This document shows, piece after piece, positions 51,598 through 63,088 of a stretch of 64,000 nucleotides of DNA. The DNA is from Octopus sinensis (lineage: Eukaryota). Under the pieces are notes generated by a model. That model was not told the DNA's origin, did no database searches, and saw nothing but the letters and a program-made list of their open reading frames with translations. The stretch lies in the NCBI RefSeq assembly GCF_006345805.1, contig NC_043001.1, positions 88,660,001-88,724,000 of the forward strand, written 5' to 3'. A program made the translations under genes and the position numbers. Within the stretch, counting starts at the first letter, position 1; each line of letters begins with the position of its first letter.

Positions 51598-51880
51598 TAT
51601 GTGCCACCGACACAGGTGCCAGACGAGGCTGGCAGACGGCCACGCTCGGATGGTGTTTTTTATGTGCCACCGACACAGGTGCCAGACGAGGCTGGCTGAC
51701 GGCCACGCTCGGATGGTGTTTTCTTATGTGTCACCGACACAGGTGCCAGACGGGGCTGGCGGACGGCCACGCTCGGATGGTGTTTGTTACGTGCCCTCAG
51801 CACGGAGGCCAGTCGTTGCGGTACTGGCTACGATCACGTTCGGATGGTTTTCTTATGTGCCACCGGCACTGGTACCACAA
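51598..51880 (-). repeat. Tandem ~63-66 bp repeat (about 4.5 units) in the RTE 3' UTR
   Basis: Units start with taYgtgYc at 51598, 51661, 51725, 51788 and 51854, followed by a (GATTY)n pentamer run at ~51910-51950. Confidence 0.9.
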
Positions 51881-52050
51881 GGATACAAATTCCATTGATG
51901 TTCATCTATTTTGATTTGGTTCGATTTGATTTGATTTGATTCGATTCGATTCTCACTTGCCTCAACAGGTCTTCACAAGTGTCACAAGAAGGAAGGTATG
52001 CACAGGTGGACTGACTACGTCCCAGGTAGGGGCCACGGATTATGGCTTCA

Positions 52051-53322
52051 CTAGTCTTGCCGGGTCTTCTCACGCACAGCATACTTCCATAGGTCTCGGT
52101 CTCTAGTCATTTCCATGGTGAGACCTAACGTCCGAAGGTCGTGCTTCACCACTTCGTCCCAGGTTTTCCTGGGTCTACCTCTTCCACGGGTTCCCTCAAC
52201 TGCTAGGGATTGGCACTTTCTCACACACCTATCTTCATCCATTCTCGCCACATGACCATACCAGCGCAATCGTCTCTCTTGCACACAACAACTGATGCTT
52301 CTTAGGTACAACATTTCTCTCAAGGTACTAACGCTCTGTCGAGTAAGTACACTGACATTACACATCCATCGGAGCATACTGGCTTCGTTCCTCACAAGCT
52401 TACGCATGTCCTCAGCAGTCACGGCCCATGTTTCACTGCCATGTAGCATAGCTGTTCGTACACATGCATCATACAGTCTGCCTTTTACTCTGAGCGAGAG
52501 GCCTTTAGTCACCAGCAGAGGTAAGAGCTCCCTAAACTTTGCCCAGGCTATTCTTATTCTAGCAGTTACACTTTCAGCGCACCCGCCCCCACTACTGACT
52601 TGGTCACCTAGATAGCGGAAGCTATCAACTACTTCTAGTTTTTCCCCCCGGAAAGTGACGGAAGTTGTTTTCTGCAGATTTTCGGAGGTCAATGCTCCAG
52701 AGCATCTGCCACATACAAAAACTATCTTCCCAGTTAGCCTACCTTTGACATTGCTGCACCTCTTATGTGTCCATAGCTTACACTGGGTACATCTTATAGA
52801 GTTTCTACCTACACCTTTTCTACAGATCAAGCAGGGCCATCTTCCTGAGGATATTTGTGGATTTTCTAACTTTCTACTTATTAGTACTTTGGTTTTAGCT
52901 AGGTTGACTCTAAGGCCCCTCGATTCTAAACCCTCCTTCCACACCTGGAACTTCTCCTCCAGTTCTGATAGTGACTCAGCGATTAGAGCGAGGTCGTCAG
53001 CATAGAGGAGCTCCCAGGGGCAACCTGTCTTGAATTCCTCCACAATTGCCTGGAGGACTATGATAAATAGGAGGGGGCTGAGTACTGAACCCTGGTGGAC
53101 CCCAACCTCTACCTTGAATTCTTCTGTGTACATGCTGCCAACTCTAACCTTACTTACGGCATCTCTGTACATGGCTTGCACAGCCCTCACCAGCCATTCA
53201 TCTATCCCTAGTTTCCTCATTGACCACCAGATGAGGGAACGGGGGACCCTATCAAAGGCTTTCTCCATGTCAACGAAAGCCAGGTACAGGGGCTTATCTT
53301 TGGCTAGGTATTTCTCCTGCAG

Positions 53323-53325
<3 letters not shown>
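52051..53325 (-). pseudogene. Truncated RTE reverse transcriptase ORF, 424 aa, with embedded C4HC3 (PHD-type) finger
   Basis: Motifs LAFVDMEKAFDRVP, GVHQGSVLSPLLF, LLYADDL, FRYLG, RLRWYGHV, GRGRPRKTW. Finger CLIC...CTQC...HKRC...CGRC at 52702-52833. No stops or frameshifts; the endonuclease and RT N-terminus are missing. Confidence 0.92.
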
Positions 53326-53357
<32 letters not shown>

Positions 53358-53428
53358 TGAAAAAGGTAGCACAAAAGAAACAAAGAAATTTCAGGAAAGC
53401 ATATGTATATGTATATATAAAATGTGTA

Positions 53429-53826
53429 TGTGGTGTGCAAGAGAACTGCACTGGTATGGCCATGTCGTGAGAATGGATGAGGATAGCTGTGTGAAAAAGT
53501 GTCACACCCTAGCAGTTGAGGGAACCTGTGGAAGAGATAGACCCAGGAAGACCTGGGATGAGGTGGTGAAGCACGACCTTCGAACATTAGGCCTCACCAA
53601 GGCAATGACTAGTGACCGAGACCTTTGGAAATATGCTGTGCTTGAGAAGACCCGGCAAACCAAGTGAGACCATAACCCGTTGCCTATGCCAGTGGTGCAA
53701 CCAACCCACTAATGCATACCTTTCTTTCCTTGGACATTAAACTCTGTTGAGGCAAGTGATATAGAAATCAAACCGTCCAACCCATGCCAGCATGGAAAGC
53801 AGACGTTAAACAATTATGATGATGAT
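53429..53826 (+). mobile_element. Older RTE 3' fragment in the opposite orientation to the 51424-53325 copy
   Basis: Encodes LHWYGHVVRMDEDSCVKKCHTLAVEGTCGRDRPRKTWDEVVKHDLRTLGL...EKTRQTK*, then a shortened 3' UTR and (GAT)n tail. Confidence 0.92.
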
Positions 53827-55104
53827 GTGTGTGTGTGTGTTTCTATATATATGCAAATATATACATGTGTATATGTTTTATACACACACACACAAACACA
53901 TATAATGTTTATCAATATAATCAATGGTTAACTCTTACATAGAATTATGGTGTTGAAGAAGTTACATTTCTTATTTGCATATCTCTCAGTGGGGAAGTGA
54001 AAATACCTTTGATTTATTCATTCAATGTTTCACTTATCAGTTTGTTATTTTCAGTCTCTGAGCTTTTTTCCTTCAATATATTTGTGATGCACTGAGTCAA
54101 GATTCTTTTGCAAATTTATAGAAGGCCATATAGAAGTTCATTCTTATATCATCTGCAGAGTTTCTCCTTCTTCCTGTCACTCTTTATGAGAGCATCTGAC
54201 TTGAGTTTTTTGTTTTATCTCAAGAAGTGTTCTTTTTAAATGGGAGACCTTGCTACCCTTAAGTTATTTATTTAAGCAATTTAAGATCTTTATTTATCAC
54301 CTCATAGAGACTTTTGCATCTTTCTATATTCAGGAGTAATGTTTTTGCGTATATTGGCTTTTAATGTTTATGGCTTATTTCATCTTTTACTTGTTTCAGT
54401 CAGTGGACTTATGACCATGTTCAGACATCATCTTGAAGGGTTTAATCATACAAATTGACCCCAGCAGTCTTGTACTTTTAAGATTTGTACTGCAAAGCCT
54501 GTAGCTAAAAGACCATGAGTAAAATATAAGCAGAAGTCCATACCTATTCCTTAATGGTGTTATAAACAACAATGCACAATAATGATATGACAACCTATCC
54601 ACAAACTGTAACACAATGACATTACATCCAATATGAATTAAAACTAATCATTCTATAAATCTTTGCTCAGTTGTGGACTAGTGATTACTCCATGTGTTCT
54701 TGAAATTTCATTATGTCTTCCCAAGCAACTGATTAAACATTTAATTAACATTTTCTTAATGCATTCTTATTTTCCCATATGTATCATTACCCTTTTAACT
54801 CTTTCCAAAAACACACCAAATTTCATTTATAATTCTTCCTTATCTAATAACTTGGAAACACATTATACTCTGCTCTTGTACCAAGGGCAAGAAAGCAATA
54901 TGAAAATTAAATTTATTAGCTTTATTGTAAATACTAATCACTGCATTTTTACCTTCATGAACTACCCTTAACATCTAAATTGTTAACCTCCTCTATTGAG
55001 TCACTATTTCTAGTTGTTTCAAGACCCTCTGAGCATATTTTCCCAAGTAAAGATTCAAAATATTTGGAGTTGGAAATTAAAAAAAATATTGCTGCAGCCA
55101 CCAT

Positions 55105-55501
55105 TACTCTCTTTTTACTCTTTTACTTGTTTCAGTCATTAGACTGTGGCCATGCTGGAGCACTGCCTTTAGTCAAGCAAATCAACCACAGGACTTATTC
55201 TTTGCAAGCCTACTATTTATTCTATCAGTCTCTTTTGCCAAACCGCTAAGTTATAGCGGACGTAAACACACCAGTATCAGTTGTCAAGTGATGTTGGGGG
55301 TACAAACATAGACACCCACACACACATATATATATATGTACGACAGGCTTCTTTTCAGTTTCCGTCTACCAAATCCACTCACAAGGCTTTGGTCGCCCTG
55401 GGGCTATAGAGGAAGACACTTGCCCAAGGTGCCACACAGTGGGACTGAACCCGGAACCATGTGGTTGGTAAGAAGCTACTTACCACACAGCCACTCCTGC
55501 G
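55105..55501 (-). mobile_element. tRNA-derived SINE family 2 (GCAGGAGTGGCTGTGTGG head)
   Basis: A box TGGCTGTGTGG, B box GGTTCAGTCCC, core accttgggcaagtgtctt, tail ccagcatggccacagtctaatgactgaaacaagtaaaagag. Confidence 0.88.
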
Positions 55502-55764
55502 TCACATATATATAAATCTATATAACCTAACAGCCTGTGGAGGGTTATAAGAAGGATTTTTACCTCATACTATTTCTATCATTTCTTATTCAAGTTTTTA
55601 AGATGAATGTAATTATTCTTTATCATTAAATTCACTCTTCCTCAGAGTGTCATTATATTAGAGGATAGCTTAGAAATTCTGGTGAATTGTTTCTTTTTAT
55701 AAGCATTAAGTACTAAAATCTGAAGTCAGTTTTTTCTTACTTTATTTATTTCTTTTGTTTACCT

Positions 55765-56130
55765 TTTACTTATTTTGGTCATTGGACTGTGGCCATGCTG
55801 GGGTACCACATTGAAGTGTTTTGCTGAACAAACCAACCCCTATACTTACTTTTAGGTCTGGTACTTATTCTGTTGGCCTCTTTTGCTGAACTACTCAATT
55901 ACATCTGTGTAAACAAATCAAAACCAATTATCAAATAGTGGAGTGAGGAGGAACACAAAGACACATACACTGATATATATACACACACACAAAGGGCTTC
56001 TCCACAGTTTCCATCTACCAAATTCATTCACATAGTAGAAGACACTTACCAACGTGCCATGCAGTAGGATAGAACCCCAAACCACGTGGTTGCAAAGTGA
56101 GCTTCTTAACTACAGAACCATGCCTGTGCC
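55765..56130 (-). mobile_element. SINE family 2, older copy directly downstream of the first
   Basis: Collinear with 55105-55501. Confidence 0.8.
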
Positions 56131-56249
56131 TATTTGAATATTTTTTATGGACTTATTGCTTATATTCTGTGACAAACTGGTGTACTGTGATCTCAGTCAC
56201 TGATATGCAATAGCGACTAGTTAACTAGCCCTGTGAGTCCTAAAAGTCA

Positions 56250-56490
56250 AGGTAGTTTTGTCCAGGTGTTGATGATGATTACTGATATTTAGTCCTTCTG
56301 TGTGTTGTTTTGAATTAATATTCAATCTCCCATGATTGTGCTTCCTGCAGGATGCTCTCTTTGGTCTTTTCTGGAGGAGAGTAACGTCTCCTTTAGTATG
56401 ATGAATTGACTGTATGGGGTTGGTTTCATGTATTAATTTTTATATTTCTCCACCACCAAGTTATCTGTCAGTCTTTTAAGAACCTTGTTA
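56250..56490 (-). mobile_element. Possible R2/Hero-like non-LTR remnant
   Basis: HNKVLKRL and ESILQEAQSWE resemble the region following the zinc knuckle in Hero-type elements; weak. Confidence 0.3.
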
Positions 56491-56567
56491 TGATGATATC
56501 ATTACCTTAACTGGGTAAGTGTAGTCTTGTATGAATATATGTGTGTATGTGAATATGCATAAATGTG

Positions 56568-56717
56568 CGGAGTGGTTGGCGTTAGGAAGGGCATCCAGCT
56601 GTAGAAACTCTGCCAGATCAGACTGGAGCCTGGTGCAGCCCCTGGCTTCCCAGACCCCGGTCGAACCGTCCAACCCGTGCTAGCGCAGAAAACGGACGTT
56701 TAAACAATGATGGTGAT
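56568..56717 (+). mobile_element. Short RTE 3' terminal fragment
   Basis: ggcgttaggaagggcatccagctgtagaaac...cggacgtttaaacaatgatggtgat; reverse complement of the 51424-51590 terminus. Confidence 0.88.
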
Positions 56718-56985
56718 ATATATGTGATGGTTTTTCTTGTTATGAATGATAAATGAGGATTCAGTAAAATAAAGCAGTAATCATGTTCTGTGGACACGCG
56801 TGTGTCTCTTGAGGCCTTCTGGTGCCTTGTAAATCATTTGCCTTCGCAAATGAAACAAGTTGAGAACTCAGTCTGCTCGCATGCTTGTAGATCATTTACT
56901 AGCTGTTTTCTTGAGTCAATGGCAAGACCTGCTTTGCTAATGTGTGTGTGTGTTGTTATATTTTGGGATGGTGATAAATTCATAA

Positions 56986-57034
<49 letters not shown>

Positions 57035-57129
57035 AATATGGATGGATCAAAACAATTAGGTTCAAATTCATTGGTACTCTTGAGTTTCAAGCATAATGCT
57101 ATAATGCTAGTCAGCCATTTTGAATTTGA

Positions 57130-57168
<39 letters not shown>

Positions 57169-57309
57169 AATATAAGAATACATGCCTAGATGTCACTCCT
57201 GCTTTAACCAAAAATCAAAACTATGTTAGACATGGGTTACTACATGTTTACCTTCATTCTTTGTGGCTCATACTTCAAGCCAGTGAGAAAGTCTCTACAT
57301 CATTTCTCG

Positions 57310-57492
57310 ACCTGCTGGAAATAGCAGCTTTATGTTCCGCAAGTCACACCTTACTGCCTTTAAATAAGATATACTGTGTGATCCTGAGTTCCCTGCACGT
57401 AGGAAACAACCGTATGTTTACAGTGGAATGTCTCTAATCGTAGGCCTTCTTGGTCAGGCCTGATGGAGGTGGGTGGGGGCTAAACAACAACA
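57310..57492 (+). mobile_element. Dispersed ~180-bp retroposon-like repeat ending gctaaac(aac)n
   Basis: gacctgctggaaatagcagc...ggctaaacaacaac. Related copies at ~37395-37572, ~49775-49950 and ~29520-29640 (same strand) and ~1398-1540, ~3790-3920 and ~22830-22990 (opposite strand). Confidence 0.65.
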
Positions 57493-60106
57493 GCAATCAC
57501 TCATATCTACATTTGTACATATACTAACACCAGTGTGTGTGTGTGTGTGTGTGTGTGCGAGCATGGTAGTTAATTAGTTCAACTAATCTACCATGTACAC
57601 AGATTTTAATGTAAGGGGTAAGCCCTTACATTTCTGGAAATAAATCCTTGCATCTCCATTCATCCTTAGCATGGCCATTCCATCACTTTGTGCTGTGTTT
57701 CGTGCATGACTTCTATTAGATTCTTTCAGTTGAATGTATCTTCATTAATCTTTTGTAGATTAAAGAGCTGCAGAGTTATAAAAATAATCTTTGCAGTAGA
57801 CTTATCAAAATATTTTCACATGGGATAATCTTGATATAATTTTGCCTGCTGCAAACACACTCCATTATGTCAATATTCAATTGGAAACCTGCAGTGTAAT
57901 CTGGATTAAAAGCTACGTTAATTCTTTGTATAACACTTCTTAAACAAAATGTATTTTTCAAAGAATCTCTCTTTATTAATTCGCTTCTGGTAAAATCTCA
58001 AAGCTGCTATTTAGAGATGGCTGCTACTTTTAAATTAGGTTACTGTTAATTGATTACTTTAAAATTATATAGTCTGTTAACTGATTAAACAAAATACCTG
58101 TTTAATACATGATTCGGAGGTCACTAAAGATGTATTTTAAATACCTCTCATATATACCTAACTGGTTTCCATCAGGTCAATATTTTCTTTTATGTAAAAA
58201 CAAAACTAATATAACTACAGAAACTATAAACCTGCGATACTGCCTCCTAGAATGAACCATTTTTTTTTTTATTATTTTATTTTATTTCAAACTCAGCTTG
58301 TCATTTGTAGGTCAATTTGAATTGATAGCATTGTTACTTGCAATCAGTTCTTTGTATTAATACAGCTTGATGCTGCTCAGTAGTTAGTTGTGTAATGTGT
58401 CTGAGATGCTTTAGATGCTGTAGGATGGTTGCTTATGTTGTATTTTTTAATTTTCTGAAATCTTTTTTTTTTCTCTTACCTGTCCCCTCAGACCTTTCAC
58501 TGATTTTTTTAATAAAGTAACATCTCTTTCCACTCAACTGTATTTATATGTGGATTTCAGTGAAAAAAGTCTGTACTTAATGCTCATTATATGTATAATG
58601 TTAACCTACTTAACAACCCGAAATACATCCAACACTATTAACAGTATTAGTTAGTCTTTCATCAAACTTTTCTTTATTATTGTAATTTGTTTAATTTCTA
58701 TATCTTCATTTCAGTAACAGACCAGACGACACTGCAGATTATTATTATTATCATAATTATTATTATCATCATTTTTTTTTTAATCTATTAAATTCCAACA
58801 CATAGTATATGATTTTATGAAATTTATAACCACTTTTTATTGTATTTTTGATTTTTTTAAAATTATTTCAGACTAAATTTTAATATTTCAGCTTTTATTC
58901 TGTTTCTCATTGGAACATTTTCTACTCTCCACCCACCTTCTAAGCTTCCAGTTCCATGTTTGATGTTGCTATGATGATTATTGTTTTGTCACCTGTGGTT
59001 CTTGTCACTCTTCTACATTGTACACAAACATTTGTTGTAAGAGTATTGTGACAGATGGTGAACACAACCTTATTTCTGACACCTCCACATCATCCAAACC
59101 CTTTCACTGCCATTATGTTGTTCTATTATGTTAGTAACTAATCCAATGTTTTGTCTACTTTGTCAATCCAAGTCAATGGAGGCCTGAGGCCATTTACTAA
59201 AGCCTCTAGTCTATTTTGTTTCTCTTTTTTCCTTTGTTTCAAGCAAAGAAAGGAAATCTTATGCATGATGACAAAAGTACAGGGACAATGTGTATGGCTA
59301 GTCTGGTGAATATGTCCACTAGTTCAAAAGATGGCCCAACCTGCTGTGAGTGATTGTCCTGTCAATAAATCCTTCTACCTTTTCTACACTGCCAAACCAG
59401 ACAGAAACAGCTGTTCACTAGTGCAACCACTGTGTGACATTGAAAATCCCATGATATCACTGAATCCTTCAAACAGTTACACAGTTTCTATGTTGTCCAC
59501 TTGAGATGTGATGTTCACCTAGGCATTATGTCACCAGTTTGTTTTAATGCACCTTCAGCATTTTGTGAGTCTTACTACTAAGCTTTGAGCCCACTGTTTT
59601 GATATCACCCAATATAATCTAGAGGAAAGAAGGATCAGTATGTAGATGTTAACAATTACTGGGGAAAAGTCAACAAACAACTAAAGGAAGTCTTTTGATA
59701 GAACAGATCTCATTAATGAACAACTGGTCATTAATATATGATGAGTAACGTGTATAGTCTACACAAGGATACTAAATAAAATTGGGTGATGTTCAGGTAC
59801 CTAAACACAGCAGTGACTCCTAAGTCCTCGAACAATGTATCTACTGCAGACAACTATTGTGGCCTGCCACAATTTACTACTGCAGTCAGCTTTTATGCAG
59901 AGGCTAGAAATAACAGTTACATTTACAATGAATTACATTTTCATGTTTTAAATAAGGAAGGGTACATAGGACATGTAATCCTTTATATACAAAATGATGG
60001 AAACACATTTGAATTTTGGTCTACTCGTTTAGGCCCAACCTGTACAGTCCTGTACAGTCCTGCACAGTACATCACTTATTCTGCAGCAGTATATTACTGT
60101 CATACC

Positions 60107-60332
60107 TATTTCTTTACTACCCACAAGGGGCTAAACACAGAAGGGACAAACAATGACAGACAAACGGATTAAGTCGATTATATCGATCCCAGTGCATAAC
60201 TGGTACTTTATTTATCGACCCCAAAAGGATGAATGGCAAAGTCAACCTCGGCGGAATTTGAACCCAGAACATAAAGGCAGACGAAATACGGCTACGCATT
60301 TCGCCCGGCGTGCTAACGTTTCTGCTAGCTCG
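60107..60332 (-). mobile_element. SINE family 1, young copy, same subfamily as 50959-51190
   Basis: Reverse complement shares the body and the tail gtgtttagccccttgtgggtagtaaagaaata. Confidence 0.9.
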
Positions 60333-61383
60333 GTCACAGTTGGAATGTCTTTGATCACAACTCTGCTTATCTTGGGCTGATATGGAGGCTGAAGCCTGCC
60401 AATTGCTGCCACTCATCAACAATGTATGTGTTTCCCATTTTAACATATCATTAACCTAGCTACTCTAAACCTGGTCTTGTTCAATGCTAATCAACAGTTA
60501 TTTTACGTAAGTAGTTGGCTTATAAACTGACCTTTCTTTCATTAAGTTTCATGAAATCACATCTTAGTGGATTCTTTAAATTACTAGCCTAAAACATTTA
60601 ATTAGGCTTTTACTGTTGTCAATCTGAAATTTTTACACCTGGAAATACCTGAAAAGATATGGAAAAAATCTTTTGTTCTTATGAATTCTTTGTTAAACAA
60701 ATTTCTGCAAATTTAACTTCCTATATAAAAAAAAAATCATATTAATTTTTTGATCAATTAATAGTGTATTTAGGATAAATTTTAAGCATTCTCTGATTCA
60801 GTTTGACCAACTTTTGGGAATATAAATGTCACACTCTCTTTGTTGTCATGTGTGTACCAGTTGTGTCTGGCCTGGACAACCACCCAATTTCCTATTCTTT
60901 TGCAGACACAAGTAAACCTGATTTTTGAGGAAACTTTTATCTATCAATATGTTTATGTATATATGTATGTGTATTAAACTAAGTGTCATTGTTCTTCCCA
61001 TCCTTTGACTATGTGAGTGTGTGTGTTTGTGCATGTGTATGTATGTTTGTGTGTTTATATGTGTGTGTATGTATATATACACACATACACTTATATATGC
61101 ATGCATACAAACACATATGTACATACATACATATGTATGTATATATATACATCATACATACATACATACATGCGTACATACATACAGCACGGAATTTTGA
61201 AAGTGAACAGGTCGCGGTCTCGAAGCGACGAAAATATTTTGACAAATTAAATTTAAATGTTGAATGAATCTAACAGATTTTGTGTGTTTATTAAATGGCT
61301 TATAAACATCTTCCACGCTGCAATTGTCTTCATTCCAGCACATGATCTCAGATCAGGTCACTTGCTATGCAAGTACATCTCTG

Positions 61384-61419
<36 letters not shown>

Positions 61420-61854
61420 ATCATAACATAGAGTGGTTGTGAAGTTCAAGCTGTTTTCATGGTTGTGATTTCAAACCATACTATTTGACTCATTCTCTTG
61501 TGGCCATGGCCCAAAGCAGATGACTTTTTTTTTGTCTCAGTTTGTCTAACGAACAGCCATACCACTTACAGTTGAATGTTGATGTTTAGAAAACCATCTG
61601 GATGTAAAAATAACTGATCCTACAACATACAAATGCACAAATTTGAGGCAGACAATACTTTTGTCTATCATCAGCATGGTGGTTGTAGTAAAGGTGGTAA
61701 GACTTGAGCTCACAATTACGTGGTCGCTCATCTGAAACATTATTGTCACAATTACTGTTCTCTCCCTATAGTTATGTGTGTATTTGTGTAACTGTATATA
61801 CATATGTATGATATATGTGTGTTTGGTTAAATTATATATATATATATATATATA

Positions 61855-62401
61855 TACGCCCCACCATCCAATGGACGGTGCTGAGTTGTCAAACATTTAA
61901 ACCAAATTTTCTCAAAACAACTTGTCTGACCATCCCATAGGCCTCCCCTTTGAGAAACACTGATTTAACCTAAATTTGAGACACCAGCAAAAGAAGAAAT
62001 AAAGATAGACTTTTTTTCTATTCCAACGAAAAACGATTTTATTCATACAAATATGCAACCAAAGAGTTTAAAGTACCAGTAATGATAAGGCTGTTGACTG
62101 GGAGAACACAAACATGGTTTAAACAGTAAGCTTGGCAGGAAAGAAACGTGCCTTTAAGCAGTACAAAACCAACAAAAAATGGAAGGTGCAGTTAGGTACA
62201 GGTTGACAGAAGAAAAGCAGAACAAAAACGGCTTTATTGATCGCATTCTCACCTGGAATCAATTTTTGTAATTTTTTCAAGACTTATACATGCCCTGATA
62301 CCGTCAGTATCTACATATCAAATTTGAGTGCAATCGGATGGCGGATGCCCAAGATCCTAGAAAACACTCACACAGACAGACAATGGATTTTATATAATAG
62401 A
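61855..62401 (-). mobile_element. Probable non-autonomous Helitron (Lep1-like architecture)
   Basis: Minus strand starts A|TCTATTATATAAAATCCATTGTCTGTCTGTG and has a subterminal hairpin CACCGTCC-att-GGATGGTG (61862-61880) just before the 3' end in (TA)n. The 3' terminal CTRR is not canonical. Confidence 0.55.
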
Positions 62402-62753
62402 TATTTCGGAGATGTACTTGCCTAACAGGTGATTTGATCTGATATTGTGTGTTGAAATTAAAACAATTACAGCATGGAAGATGCCCAGCAGCCATTCAAA
62501 AACACAAAAAACTGTTAATTTCACTTAAACATCTATTATTAGTTGTGAGTGACCCGGTTGCAATTGGTGTAGCAAAAATTTTGACAACAGCCTTGTATGT
62601 TTTTTTGACTGGTCCAATATGTGTCATCTTCATTGTAATTATACATACATATACACACACATGTATGCATATATATTTATGCACACATACACACACATAT
62701 GCATACACACATACACCATATGTTTATGTATATGTAGGTCTGTGTATGTTTGC

Positions 62754-62808
<55 letters not shown>

Positions 62809-63051
62809 TGTGTGTATGTATACAAACACATGCAATTACACATTTTAAAACTAGATAAAAGAGAAAGATCACTTCTCTCCTGAACTTTGATATCCCACCC
62901 AAATTGTTAAATCGATACTTAGCATATTTCCACATACATTTTACACAACATATTTCTATATCTTCTATTAAATTTTGTGTTGTTGTTGCTTGCAGCATGT
63001 TCTCCTGCTTTCTTATTCAACTTCTCTTTCTTTTTCCTCCCATTCTCTCTA

Positions 63052-63088
<37 letters not shown>

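Larger units (their letters stand above)
51424..53325 (-). mobile_element. 5'-truncated young RTE-clade LINE (RT C-terminal half, PHD finger, 3' UTR, (GAT)n tail)
   Basis: Open RT frame, 3' end ...ccaacccatgctagcatggaaagcggacgttaaac(gat)n, high CpG retention, (TA)n on both flanks. Confidence 0.95.

Noticed and set aside
51598-51880. Regularly spaced repeats suggesting a CRISPR-like array
   Set aside because: Whole units are repeated with no unique spacers; eukaryotic LINE 3' UTR; no cas genes.
53326-53505. ATG-initiated 60-aa N-terminal extension making the RT ORF 484 aa
   Set aside because: It is antisense of the neighbouring RTE fragment plus (TA)n, in frame by chance; the real element is 5'-truncated at 53325.
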